DNA of 63,616 nt, counting the filler, from Chiloscyllium plagiosum (taxonomy: Eukaryota), in assembly GCF_004010195.1 (NCBI RefSeq). It is 5 parts of one record of this genome, joined end to end, with 100 filler letters (N's around TTAATTAATTAA, not from the genome) between each part and the next. Parts side by side here need not be neighbours in the genome. Positions count along the whole stretch, not along the records: positions 36,083 to 41,961 come from NC_057714.1; positions 42,062 to 59,398 come from NC_057714.1; 3 more parts are not named here. One strand, written 5' to 3'. The notes beneath the pieces are model-generated. The model was not told the DNA's origin, made no database searches, and saw only the letters and a list, made by a program, of their open reading frames with translations. Numbering within the stretch: position 1 is the first letter of the stretch; the number at the start of each line of letters is the position of its first letter. Shown here piece by piece: positions 37,145-48,801 of this stretch. The translations under genes were made by a program, and so were the position numbers.

Positions 37145-37186
37145 GGCTTTATTGTGGCTTTACTGTACTGTTTCTTGAATGGAGAG
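37145..37186 (+). CDS. 42-bp TM7 exon of a secretin-family (class B1) GPCR, VIP/PACAP/GHRH/secretin receptor group
   Basis: Acceptor TTTCTGTTTTATACAG, peptide GFIVALLYCFLNGE, donor GAG|GTAAGG, phase 0/0; matches the conserved G(F/L)xVAxLYCFLNxE exon. Confidence 0.9.
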
Positions 37187-37408
37187 GTAAGGAATGATTT
37201 ACTGCTTGATGACAGTATCAGAGATGGAAACAATCAAGGGGTGTGGAAATGTTTGGAATTTTCCCTCGGACTCTATCAAAATTCACCCACAGTGGCTTCA
37301 GGAGGAAGCAGAGGAAAATGGTTTATAAAAGCACCCCTACAAACTTTAATTAAAACAGTCTCTAGTTAATACCACAAATCTTGCAAATAAACACCTCAAG
37401 CATTTTAA

Positions 37409-38214
37409 TTAGATTCCAGCCTGTAACTCACTCCCAGGTATCTATTGTTCTATACACAACCCACCCTGAAACCCACGATTCAATTCCAGACGGTAACTCA
37501 CTCCAGGGTGTCAGTTATTCCATATATAAACCAACCTGAACCCTCGATTAGATTCCAGTCTGTAACTCGCTCTAGGGTATCTGATATTCTGTGTATAAAA
37601 CATTCTGAATCCCTCGATTACATTCCAGTCTGTAACTCACTCTAAGGTATTTGTTATTCTGTATATAAAACACTCTGAAGCCCTTGATTAGATTCCAGTC
37701 TGCAACTCATTCCCTGTATCTGCTATTCTGTATATAAAACACTCTGAAACCCTTGATTATATTCCAGTCTGTAACACACTCCCTGTATCTGTTATTCTGT
37801 ACACAAATCACTCTGAACTCCTTGATCAGATTTCAGTCTGTAACTCACTCCCTGTTTCTGTTATTCTGTATATACAACACTCTGAATCCCTCGATTAGAT
37901 TCCAGTCTGTAACACACTCTAGGGTATCTGTTATTCTATGTACAACCCACACTAAACCCTCGATACGATTCCAGTCTGTAACTCAGTCCCTGAATCAGTT
38001 ATTCTGAACGTAAAACACTCTGAACCCCTCAGTTAGATTCCAGTCTGTAACTCAGTCCCTGTATCAGTTATTCTGAATATAAAACACTCTGAACCCCTCG
38101 GTTTGATTCCAGTCTGTATCTCAGTCTCTGTATCAATTATTCTGAATATAAAACACTCTGAACCCCTCAGTTAGATTCCAGTCTGGAACTCAGTCCCTGT
38201 ATCAGTTATTCTGT
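37409..38214 (+). repeat. About 69-70 bp tandem repeat, about 12 copies
   Basis: Unit approx. TTAGATTCCAGTCTGTAACTCACTCCCTGTATCTGTTATTCTGTATATAAAACACTCTGAACCCCTCGA; anchors at 37551, 37621, 37691. Confidence 0.9.
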
Positions 38215-38215
38215 G

Positions 38216-39152
38216 GAGAAAGTGAGGACTGCAGATGCTGGAGATCAAAGCTTAAAAATGTGTTGCCGGAAAAGCGCAGCAGGTCAGACAACATTCAAGG
38301 AGCAGGAGAATCAATGTTTCGGGCATAAGCCCTTCTTCAGGAATGAGGAGGGTGTGCCAAGCAGGCTAAGATAAAAGGTAGGGAGGAGGGACTTGGGGGA
38401 GGGGCATTGGGAATGCGATAGGTGGAAGGAGGTAGTAGCGGAGGGAGTGGTCTCTCTGGAACTTGGTGGTGGGGTCTGTTTGGAGGTGGCGGAAATGACG
38501 AAGGATGAATGTAGGTAGCGGTGCATGGCTGCCTCCTCCAAACAGACCCCACCACCAGGGATATATTTCCCTCCCCACCCCTNNNNNNNNNNNNNNNNNN
38601 NNNNNNNNNNNNNNNNNNNNNNNNNNNNNNNNNNNNNNNNNNNNNNNNNNNNNNNNNNNNNNNNNNNNNNNNNNNNNNNNNNNNNNNNNNNNNNNNNNNN
38701 NNNNNNNNNNNNNNNNNNNNNNNNNNNNNNNNNNNNNNNNNNNNNNNNNNNNNNNNNNNNNNNNNNNNNNNNNNNNNNNNNNNNNNNNNNNNNNNNNNNN
38801 NNNNNNNNNNNNNNNNNNNNNNNNNNNNNNNNNNNNNNNNNNNNNNNNNNNNNNNNNNNNNNNNNNNNNNNNNNNNNNNNNNNNNNNNNNNNNNNNNNNN
38901 NNNNNNNNNNNNNNNNNNNNNNNNNNNNNNNNNNNNNNNNNNNNNNNNNNNNNNNNNNNNNNNNNNNNNNNNNNNNNNNNNNNNNNNNNNNNNNNNNNNN
39001 NNNNNNNNNNNNNNNNNNNNNNNNNNNNNNNNNNNNNNNNNNNNNNNNNNNNNNNNNNNNNNNNNNNNNNNNNNNATGCCCGAAACGTCGATTCTCCTGC
39101 TCCTTGGATGCTGTCTGACCTGCTGCGCTTCTCCAGCAACACATTTTTAAGC
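38216..39152. mobile_element. Inverted PLE insertion spanning a gap
   Basis: PLE terminal arms in opposite orientation at both ends; direct repeat TCAGTTATTCTGTG at 38202-38215 and 39153-39166. Confidence 0.75.
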
Positions 39153-39239
39153 TCAGTTATTCTGTGTTTTATTTGTTCACTCATGGGACATGGACATCCT
39201 TAGCTTGGCCAGCATTTACTGTCCAATTCTAGTGGCTGT

Positions 39240-39925
39240 TAAAAGTCAAAAAAATGCAAACGACAAAGCATACAATGTGGTGATGATTAGTGAGATGCCA
39301 GGGCATTGGAACACCTTCAAAAATTAAGAGGACGGCCAAAGATAGCATTAAGGCTGGAGAAGTTGAAATATGATGGTAAGCTAGTCAATACATAGAAAAA
39401 GATTGCAAGATGATTATTTTTAGATGTATAAAAGCTAGGAGAGATGCAAGAGTGGTCATTGAACTGTTGGAAATTGAGATTGGAGAAGAAATAATGGGGA
39501 ACAAAGAAATGGCAGTGGAACTTTGCATCAGTTTTCACAATTAAAGACACCAGCAGCATACCCGAAATTCAAGAGAGTCAGGAGGTAGAGGTGAGTGTAG
39601 TGGCCATCACTAAGGAGGAGGTGATGGGGAAGCTGAAAGATCAGAGAATGGACTGTATCCCAGAGGTGCGAACGAGATTGGAGAGACATCAGTGGTGACC
39701 TTCCAGGGATAACTGGAGTCAGGGAGAGTCCCAGAGGATGGAAAATCGCCAATGAAACCCCCCTGTTTATGAAGGGAGAGGGGGCAGAAGACAGGAAACT
39801 ATTGGCTGGTTAACCTGAGCTCAGTTGTTGATTAGAGTTTAGACTCCATTAATAAGGATGGGACTGTGGAGTACGTGCAAGTGCATGGTAAAATAGGGCA
39901 GAGTCAGTACAGCTTCATCAAGGGA
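39240..39925 (+). mobile_element. Degraded CR1 ORF2 middle fragment
   Basis: GATTGGAGAAGAAATAATGGGGAACAAAGAAATGGCAG...CCCAGAGGATGGAAAATCGCCAATG...CAGGAAACTAT, typical of the CR1 pre-RT region. Confidence 0.7.
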
Positions 39926-41961
39926 GGGTTAGGGTTGGGTTAGGGACAGGGTTAGGGTTAGGGTTGGGTTTAGGGTCAGGTTTAGGGTTAGATTCTGAGT
40001 TAGGGTTAGGTTCAAAGTTAGAGTTGGGATTAGGGTTAGGGTCAGGGTTAGGATCAGGGCTAATATCAAAATCAGGATTAGAGTTAGGGTCAGTATTAAG
40101 GATAAGGTCAGGTTAGAGTTTAGGCCAGGGTTAGATTCAAGGTCAGGGTTAGGGTTAAGGTCAGGGTTTCAGTGACGGTCAGGATTAGGGTTAAGATAAT
40201 TTTTCACCTTAGGGTTAAGGTCAGGGATAGGATTTGGATAGCGTCAGCATTAGGGTTAGGGTCAGGTTCACGTTAGAGTTAGGTTAAGGATTAAGGTCAG
40301 GGTCAAGGCCAGGTTTGGGGTCAGGATCAGGGTCAGCATTAAGGTCTGGGTCATGATTAGGGTCAGGGTTTGGGGTCAGGGTTTGGGTCACAATTAGGGT
40401 TAGGGTTAGAGTCAGAATTAGGGTTAGGGTTAAGGTCAGGGTTGGGGTCAGGGTCAGGGTCAGCATTAATGTCTGGGTCATGATTAGGGTCACAGTTGGG
40501 GTCAGGTTTAGAGTCAGGATTAGGGTTATGATTAGGGTCAGGGTTGGGGTCAAGGTTAGCGCTAGGGTCAGGGTTAGAGTTGGGTTAGGATTTGGGTTAG
40601 GGTCAGGGTTATGGTCAGGGTTGGGTTGAGAGTCAGAGTTAGGATCAGAGATAGGATTAAGGTTTGGGTTAGGGTTTGATTTAGGGTTAGGTTTCGGTTT
40701 AGGCTTAGGGTTAGGGTTAGGATTGGAGTTAGGGTTGGGTTTAGAATTTAGGTTATGGTTAGGGTTAGAGTTAGGGTTAGGGTTAGAGTTTATGTCAGGG
40801 TTAGGGTCAGGATAGGTTTAAGGATAGAGTTAGGCTCCGGGTTAGGGTTAGGACCAGCTTTGGAGTTTAGGTCAGGGTTAGGGTCAGGGTAGATTTAAGG
40901 ATAGGATTAGGGTCAGAGTTGGGGTTAGGACCAGCTTTGGAGTTTAGGTCAGGGTTAGGATTTGGGTCAGTTTCAGGGTTAAGGTTAAGGTTAGGGTCAG
41001 AGTCATGGTTAGGGTTAATATTAAGATCAGTGTCAGGGTTAGGGTCAAGTTTAGGTTTAGAGTCAGACTTAGGTTTAGGGTTGGGGTTAGGATTAGGGTA
41101 GGACTAGGGTTAGTGTTCAGGTCAGGTCAGTGTTAGGATTAGGGTTTGGTTTAGGGTTAGTGCTAGGGTTAAGGTCATGGTCAGGGTCAGGTTTAGGATT
41201 AGGTTCAGAGTTAGAGTCAGGGTTAGGGGCAGGGTTAGGATTTGGGTCAGAGTCAGGTTTAGAGTTAAGGTCAGAGTTAGAATTAGAGTTACGATCAGGG
41301 TTAGGATCTGGGTTAATGTCAGGGTCAGATTCAGGGTTGGGGTCGGGGTTAGGGTTAGGTTCAGAGTTAGAGTTAGGGTTAGGGTCAGGGCTAGGATCAG
41401 GGTTAATGTCAGGGCCAGTTTTAAGGTGAGGGTCAGGGTTTGTGTCAACGTCAGTGTTAGGGTTAGAGTCATGTTTAGGGTTAAGATCATTTTTCAGCTT
41501 CAGGTTAGGGTCAAGAGTAGGGTTAGAGTTAAGGTCAGGGATAGGATTCGGATATTGGCAGCATTAGGGTTGGGTCAGGTTCAGGTTAGGGTTAGGTTAA
41601 GGGTTAAGATCAGGGTTGCGGTCAGGGTTGGGGTCAGGGTCGGGGGTCAGGGTTGGGGTCAGGGTCAGCATTAAGTTCTGGATCGTGATTAGGATCAGAT
41701 TTGGGGTCAGGGTTAGGGTCTGGATTAGGGTCATGATTAGGGTCAGGGTTGAGGTCAATGTTAGGATCTGGATTAGGGTCATGATTAGGGTCACGGATAG
41801 GGTCTGGATTAGGGTTCAGGTTGGGGTCAGGGTTAGCACTAGGGTCAGGGTTAGAGTTGGGTTAGGGTTTAGTTTAGGGTTAGAGTTGGGCGAAGGTTAG
41901 GGTTAGGGTTAGGTTCATGGTTAGGGTCAGGGTTGGGGTGGGGTCAGAGTTAGGGTCAGAG
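39926..41961 (+). repeat. Degenerate telomere-like (TTAGGG)n array with variant hexamers
   Basis: TTAGGG interspersed with TCAGGG, TTGGGG, TTAGAG, TTAAGG, TTAGGA over about 2 kb. Confidence 0.9.
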
Positions 41962-42061
41962 NNNNNNNNNNNNNNNNNNNNNNNNNNNNNNNNNNNNNNN
42001 NNNNNTTAATTAATTAANNNNNNNNNNNNNNNNNNNNNNNNNNNNNNNNNNNNNNNNNNNN
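41962..42061. other. Artificial scaffold spacer
   Basis: 44N-TTAATTAATTAA-44N. Confidence 0.95.
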
Positions 42062-43590
42062 CTTATTTCTCAGCTCCACCCATAATGCCTCACTGTCCAA
42101 GGCCTCCAGTGTGCCCTCCTTCAGCACAGCCGTGATATCATCCCTGACCAGCAACGCAACTCCACCCCCCCCTTTTACTTCCCTCCCCGTCCTGTCTGAA
42201 GCGTCTATATCCTGGAACATTCAGTTGCCAATCACCATGTCCTTCCTTCAACCAAGTCACTGGCAATAATGTCATACTCCCAGGCACCAAACCAAGCCCT
42301 AAGTTCATCTGCCTTACCCACTATATTCCTTGCATTAAAGTAGATGCATTTCAGGCCACCGATTCTTTTGCGCTCACCTGCTCTCTGCCTAGTCTTCTCC
42401 TTATTAATGCTATCATCATGATTCTTACAGTCTCCCGTCTCCACCTCACAGAAGTTTTCTCTTCTGGTTCCCGGTCCCCTGCCACACTAGTTTAAAACCT
42501 CCCCAACAGTAGTAGCAAAAACTCCCCAAAGGACATCGGTTCTGATCTGGTTCAGATGTAGACCGTCCATTTTGTAATAGTCCCACCTTCCCCAGAACTG
42601 GTCCCAATGTCCAACAAATCTGAACCCCTCCCTCCTACACCATCTCTCAAGCCACGTGATCATCCTGCCTATTTTTTCATTTCTACACTGGCTAGCACGT
42701 GGCACTGGTAGTAATCCCGAGATCACTACCTTTGAGGTCCTCCCCTTTAACTTCTTTCCTAGCTCCCTGAAGTCTTCTTCAGGACCTCATCTAATTTTTC
42801 ACTTATATCATTGGTGCCTATAAGCACCAAGACAACTTCGAATGCTCTGCAGCCAATCAGTGACATCCCTGACCCAAGCTCCTGGGAGGCAACAATAGAA
42901 TCCCCTATGACTATGGCCCTACGAGTCCTTTTCCCGCCCTTCTGAACAGCAGTGCCCACCACGGTGCCATGATCCTGGCAACTGCTTCCCTCCCCTGGTG
43001 AGCCATCGCCACCTGTTTCGGAGGGAGATGACCGCAGGGGATACCTGCACTGCCATCCTACTCTTTCTCTGCTTTTTGGTCACCCATTCACTGTCTCCCT
43101 CAGCAGCTCTAACCTGCGGTGTGACCAGTTTGCCAGACGTACTATCCACAACCTCGTCAGCATCGCGGATGCTCCACAGTGAGTCCGTCCGCAGCTCCAG
43201 AGCCGTCATGTGGTCAAACAAGAGCTGCAGCTGGACACACGTCTTCCAAGTGTAAGAGTCAGGAACGTCAGCCACGTCCCTGAGCTCCCACATCAGGCAA
43301 GAGGCACATGCCATGGGTCTGAGGTCCCTTGTCCTTGTAGGCCTGAGCTTTATATCAACTAACTGAAACCAAACAATGCACTTAAATACATGAAAAAGAA
43401 AGAAAAGAAATAAAAGCCTTACCTTACAGGGTCTTTTTCTTCCATTCAGAGGAGGGGGGCAGGAGGGAGATACTATCCGTATAGTATCTCGGGTTTAGCC
43501 ACTGCCCAAATATAAATTAAGCCCTTACCTTCCCGGCAGCCCTCGCTTCACTCCTCCTTTTCTGCTCGCCGCCACGGCAAAATGGAGGGC
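42062..43590 (-). mobile_element. CR1 LINE 5' portion: 5' UTR, ORF1 (Cys-rich finger plus SGNH-esterase-like domain) and ORF2 endonuclease start, frameshifted
   Basis: CASCLMWELRDV...TCVQLQLL; AIVIGDSIV; LIGTNDI; DGLHLN; LKCIYFNARNI; GGGVALLVRD. Confidence 0.85.
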
Positions 43591-44068
43591 CTTAGTGGTA
43601 AGGTCCTAGGGAGACCTTGGTGTGCAGGTTCATAGCTCCTTGAGAGTGGAGTCGCAGGTAGATAGGATAGTGAAGAAGGCGTTTGGTATGCTTTTCTTTA
43701 TTGGTCAGAGTATTGAGTACAGGAGTTGGGAGGTCATGTTGCGGCTGTACAGGACTTTGGTTAGGCCACTGTTGGAATATTGTGTGCCAACTCTGGTCTC
43801 CGTCCTATTGCAAAGATGTTGTGAAACTTGAAAGGGTTCAGAAAAGATTTACAAGGGTTGGAGGATTTGAGCTATAGGGAGAGGCTGAACANNNNNNNNG
43901 CAACATTTAAGAGGCATTTGGATGGGTATATGAATAGGAAGGGTTTGGAGGGATATGGGCCGCGTGCTGGCAGGTGGGACGAGATTGAGTTGGGATATCT
44001 GGTCGGCATGGACGGGTTGGACTGAAGGGTCTGTTTCCATGCTGATCTCTATGACTCTATGACTCTAA
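43591..44068 (+). mobile_element. CR1 3' fragment with a small gap
   Basis: QVHSSLRVESQVDRIVKKAFG...LYRTLVRPLLEYCV; CTCTATGACTCTATGACTCT tail. Confidence 0.9.
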
Positions 44069-44145
44069 TCTGGTCAATACTGACATTTCCCTTGCAGTTC
44101 CTCTCAAGTCAAAATCCATTTGTATCCTTGCTCCCTCATAGACTT

Positions 44146-44357
44146 TGAGGAGAAAGTGAGGGCTGCAGATGCTGGAGATCAGAGCTGAAAATGTGTTGCT
44201 GGAAAAGCGCAGCAGGTCAGGCAGCATCCAGGGAACAGGAGAATCGACGTTTCGGGCATAAGCCCTTCTTTGAAGAAGGGCTTATGCCCGAAACGTCGAT
44301 TCTCCAGTTCCTTGGATGCTGCCTGACCTGCTGCGCTTTTCCAGCAACACATTTTCA
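44146..44357. mobile_element. Near-perfect fold-back PLE-derived element with back-to-back hammerhead remnants
   Basis: GACGTTTCGGGCATAAGCCCTTCTT-TG-AAGAAGGGCTTATGCCCGAAACGTC; direct repeat TCCCTCATAGACTT at 44132-44145 and 44358-44371. Confidence 0.85.
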
Positions 44358-46134
44358 TCCCTCATAGACTTGCCTGCTTTCCTCTTGAATGTGATAAATA
44401 GCTGATCCTGACAAAGCCCCTGCTCACTGAGTTCAGATGTTACTCCTGAATTATTTCTTCAGTGCAGTCGTGTTTATGTGTTTTTTTGTGTTTATGGCTA
44501 CTGCTTCTGGTAAGCCAGTGAACATAAAACATCTATCTGTTCATAATTACCTCGACTTCAATTAGGTATCTGCACAAATAGCTTTTCTGTAAACAACTTC
44601 AGTCTGCCTTATTCCTTTCTAATATTTCTCATCTCTTGTCCCTTGTTAACATTTTTGCAAATTTCTCCATCTTCTCCAGTGCCTCAATATTCTTAAAGTA
44701 ACATGGAGACAAATAAAAAAAATGGAAAGGCTACAGTGAGTTGATTCTAGTAATAAGCTTGTGATCCAGGAACTAGAGTAGGCCATTCAGCCCCTCAGGG
44801 CTACTCTAACACTCAATAGGATCATGGCTGGTCTGACAATCCTCATGTCCACTTTCCTGACCTTTCCCCGTAATTTGAATTCATGAAATAAAAGGAATTA
44901 AAGGGTTTAAAGATGACCAGGAATCCATTGACGATTGTTGGAAAATCCCATCTGGTTCACTAATGTCCTTTAGGGAAGAAACTGCCATCTTTACCTGGGC
45001 TGGCTTACACGTGACTCCAGACCCATAGCAATGGGGTTGACTCTTAACTACCCTCTGGGCAATTAGGGATGGGCAATAAATGCTGGCCTAGACATTGACA
45101 CTCACACCTCATGAATAAATGAAAAAAACCCTTGATTGCCTGACTGATCAAGAATCTCTCCATCTCAGCCCTAAATATACAGGGAGCTGCTCACACTCCT
45201 CTCAGTGACAAGATGTTCCAAAGAAACTCCCACTCATCTCAGTCTTACCTTTGCGCTGTTATATCCTCCAGTACCAGAGTCCATCTGGTACTGGACTCTC
45301 CCATGAGGGGAAACATTCTCTCAGCATCGACCCTGTCAAGCCCTTTAAGAGTCCTATATGTTTCAAGGAGATCACCTCTCTCATTCTTCGAAACTGCAGT
45401 GTATAGAATCCCAAAGTGTTTAGCTTTTGTTCATAAGACAATCCCTCCAAACTGAGACCATCTTAGTGAACCTCCTGCATCCAATGAAATGATATCTTTC
45501 CTTAAATAAGGGAACAAAGCTGCTCCAGACGTGGTCTCCCCAGCACCTTGTACAGTTGCAGTAAGACTTCTCATACGCCAACCCCCTTGGAATGCAGGCC
45601 AACATCCCATGATCCTTCCTGATTATGATGTCATGTTACACTCCATATTGTTTGGAGGCCTTAACCTTTGAAGGGCTGTGGAAAAGGGAATTTATTTCAA
45701 GTTTTGCAGAAATATTTGAAGTGGTTTCTTTAAAAAGAGATCATGGTACGTTCACCGTGGGCTTTGAAGATTTTGTTTAGTTCAGTCGGAGGAAAGCCTG
45801 CTGGGGAGAAGCTGCCCTCTGGAGCCTCTCCAGTGTCTGAACGGGAAACCTTCTACCTCAGTCCAGGATGAAACTTGTTTGTCCTCTTGGAAGAGCGATT
45901 GATTAAAGAAACATCTCAGGATTGTATTTGCCGAGCAAGCTGGGTTTGCAAGACTTCAAGAACAATGGTGTGAGAATTCTAACAGGGGCACACAAGCCAG
46001 AACACAATAAAAAGAATTTCCTCTGCTTTTCTCCATTTATCTTCAAGAATAACCTATTAACTAAAGTACTTTCCTTATAATGCTAACCTTTGCAGAGGAA
46101 TCAGTTCCTTTTTTTCCCCTTCTTTCCTCAAGTA

Positions 46135-46977
46135 CATGTTGAGAGGTCATGTTACGGTGGTGTAGGACATTGGTTAGGCCTCTATTGGAATACTGCATTC
46201 ACTTCTGGTCTCTCTGCTATGGGAAGAATGCTGAGGAACTTGAAAATGATCAGAAAAGATTTACAAACATGTTGAAGGTTTGAGTTAAAGGGAGAGGCTG
46301 AACAGGCTGGGGCTGTTTTCCCTGGAACATCGGAGGCTGAGGGGTGACCTCATAGGGGTTTATAAATTCATGAGGGACATGGATAGGGTAAATAGACAAG
46401 GGGAAAGTGAGGACTGCAGATGTTGGAGATTAGAGTCAAGAGTGTGTTCCCTGGAACATCGGAGGCTGAGGGGTGACCTCATAGAGGTTTATAAATTCAT
46501 GAGGGACATGGATAGGGTAAATAGACAAGGGGGAAAGTGAGGACTGCAGATGTTGGAGATTAGAGTCAAGAGTGTGGTGCTGGAAAACCACAGCAGGGCA
46601 GGCAGCATCTGAGGAGCAGGAGAGTTGACGTTTCGGGCAAAAGCCCTTCATCAGGAATGGACAAGGTCTTTTCCCTGGGGTGGGGGAGTCCAGAACTAGA
46701 GGGCATAGGTTTAAGGTGAGAGGGGAAATATTTAAAAGGGACCTAAGGGACAGCTGTTTCATGTAGAGAGTGGTACGTGTATGGAGGACGTGGTGGAGGC
46801 TGGTATAATTATAACATTTAAAAGACATCTGGATGGGTTTATGAATAGAAAGGATATAGAGGGATTTGGGCCAAATGCTGGCAAATGGGACTAGATTAGG
46901 TTGGGATATCTGGTCAGCATGGACAAGTTGGACTGAAGGGTCTGTTTCCATGTTGTATATCTCTATGACTCTATGAC
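46135..46977 (+). mobile_element. CR1 3' fragment with PLE insert (hammerhead 46627-46654, -) and a duplicated junction block
   Basis: CR1 sequence resumes after the insert at GACAAGGTCTT; block at about 46316-46446 repeated at about 46447-46575. Confidence 0.8.
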
Positions 46978-47239
46978 GCTAATTGAAGATTCATTTGTGT
47001 CTTTGATCTTGAAGTTGTTTAAGTGAGAAAAAGAAAATTTTAATTTTTTCTTATTCTTCTGTGGGATACTGGCTGGGCCCAGCATTTATTACCCGTCCCT
47101 AGTTGCCCCCTTGAGAAGGGGGGGGATGAGCTGCCTTCTTGAACCGCTGCTGTCCACCTGCTGTGGGTTAACCCACAATGCCCTGAGGGAGGGGAATTCC
47201 AGGATTGTGACCCAGTGACACTGAAGGAACGGCAATATA

Positions 47240-47456
47240 CAGTAGAAACCCCTTATCCACGGATGCGGTTTCCGCAGCTTCAGTTATCCGTGGATTAGCG
47301 AAAATATTACATGGAACATTCCAGAAATAATTCCAGGGGGCTGCCGGGTAGTAAATTTCCCATTTGAATGATAGGATCCTCGACTATCCCTGAATTCAGG
47401 CCTTCGTGGTAGGTCTTGGAATGTATCACCTGCGGATACGGGGTGGGGAGGGGGTT
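47240..47456. mobile_element. Tigger/pogo-like MITE inserted in an L2-like tail
   Basis: TA|CAGTAGAAACCCCTTATCCACGG... and ...CCTGCGGATACGGGG imperfect inverted termini. Confidence 0.6.
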
Positions 47457-48593
47457 ATTTCCAAGTCAGGATGGTGAGTGGCTTGGAGGGGAAATTGTAT
47501 CTGCTGCCCTTGCCCTTCCAGACAGAAGTGGTCGTGGGTTTACAAGGTGGTGTCGGAGGGTCTTTGGTGAGTTCCTTTGGTGCACCATGCTGCTCCTGAA
47601 CATCAGTGGTGGAGGGGGTGGATATTGGAGGTAATGGATGGGGTGCCAATCAACTGGACTGCTTGCCTTGGATGGGTTTAAGCTTCTTGAGTGTTGTTGG
47701 GGCTGCCCCCAGCCAGGCAAGTGGGGAGTATTCCATCACCCTCATGCAAGAGGCTAGAGTCAGTTTGGAGTTAAGTGCGACAAAATATCCAGTCCATGAG
47801 CCAGCAGTAAGCTGAGTATTTGTATGAGGAATTCAGATAGATTTCTGAAATCTGTTTGCAGCTTCACAGTGGCTGATGAAGTAATCTAATTTTACAAGCC
47901 AAAGGGCTCAAATATCTGGCATACAAATTCAATTGGGACATTTATACTCTAATTAACAGTCATGGAATTATTATCATGACAGGTCAATAAAACAAGCAAG
48001 ATAATTGGATTAAAGAGACAATGATCACAATCCCTCAGAGTGAACAGGATGATGAATGCAGTGAGATATTGGCTGCGTGGGATCGAATTTTGATGGAAAA
48101 AGTCTGACTCAGTGGGACTGCAGACCTGTTTGAATGGGGGGCATGTATAAATTGGACAGCCCTGTCAAAGTCAAAAGGAAATCAGAGCTAGCAAAAGTTA
48201 TTTTATTGCAATTAAGCTCTCGATTAACTTAGAGGGATAAAGCTCAAAAGGGGCCCTTGAGATATTATTGCTGTAGTACTAGAATCTGGTTCAACTCCAG
48301 GATGCAGACTGAAGGATTGAGAATGAAACAGCAACTTCAGAATAGATTTGGAAATATCAATTCAAGCTGAGCACGATTGACCAACAAGAGGGATGGCCAA
48401 TCAGAGTCGGCCAAAGATGTGCAATACACTGGAGGCCGCAGGGACTGGAGTGCATTATTTCCCCTCCAACTCTATTTGATTTAATCCCTGCCCTCCCCTT
48501 CACTGTTTGATCACACAGCGTTGCCCTTTGATGTGAAGGGGACGCGGCCACGCGGGTGTTTCTTTTCTTCCTGGTGGTGGAAACTGAGTAAAG

Positions 48594-48801
48594 TTAAAAA
48601 TCACACAACACCAGGTTAAAGTCCAACAGGTTTAATTGGAAGCACACTAGCTTTCGGAGCATCGCTCCTTCATCAGGTGGATGAAGGAGCGTCGCTCTGT
48701 GAAAGCTAGTGTGCTTCCATTTAAACCTGTTGGACTATAACCTGGTGTTGTGTGAATTTTAACTTTGTACACCCCAGTCCAACACCAGCATCTCCAAATC
48801 C
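48594..48801. mobile_element. Third hammerhead-bearing fold-back family
   Basis: Minus strand CTGATGA-A-GGAGC-GAT-GCTCC-GAAA-GCTA (48648-48676); inverted arms; flanking GAAACTGA(G/A)TAAAG at 48580-48593 and 48802-48815. Confidence 0.75.

Noticed and set aside
37115..37369. 84-aa single-exon ORF
   Set aside because: Only 37145-37186 is bounded by splice sites and conserved; the rest is intron read-through
37409..38214. CRISPR-like array
   Set aside because: The sequence between conserved cores is homologous from unit to unit rather than unique spacers; no cas genes; vertebrate context
40284..41900. LT-, VR- and GL-dipeptide ORFs
   Set aside because: Translation of telomere-like hexamers; no evidence of a gene
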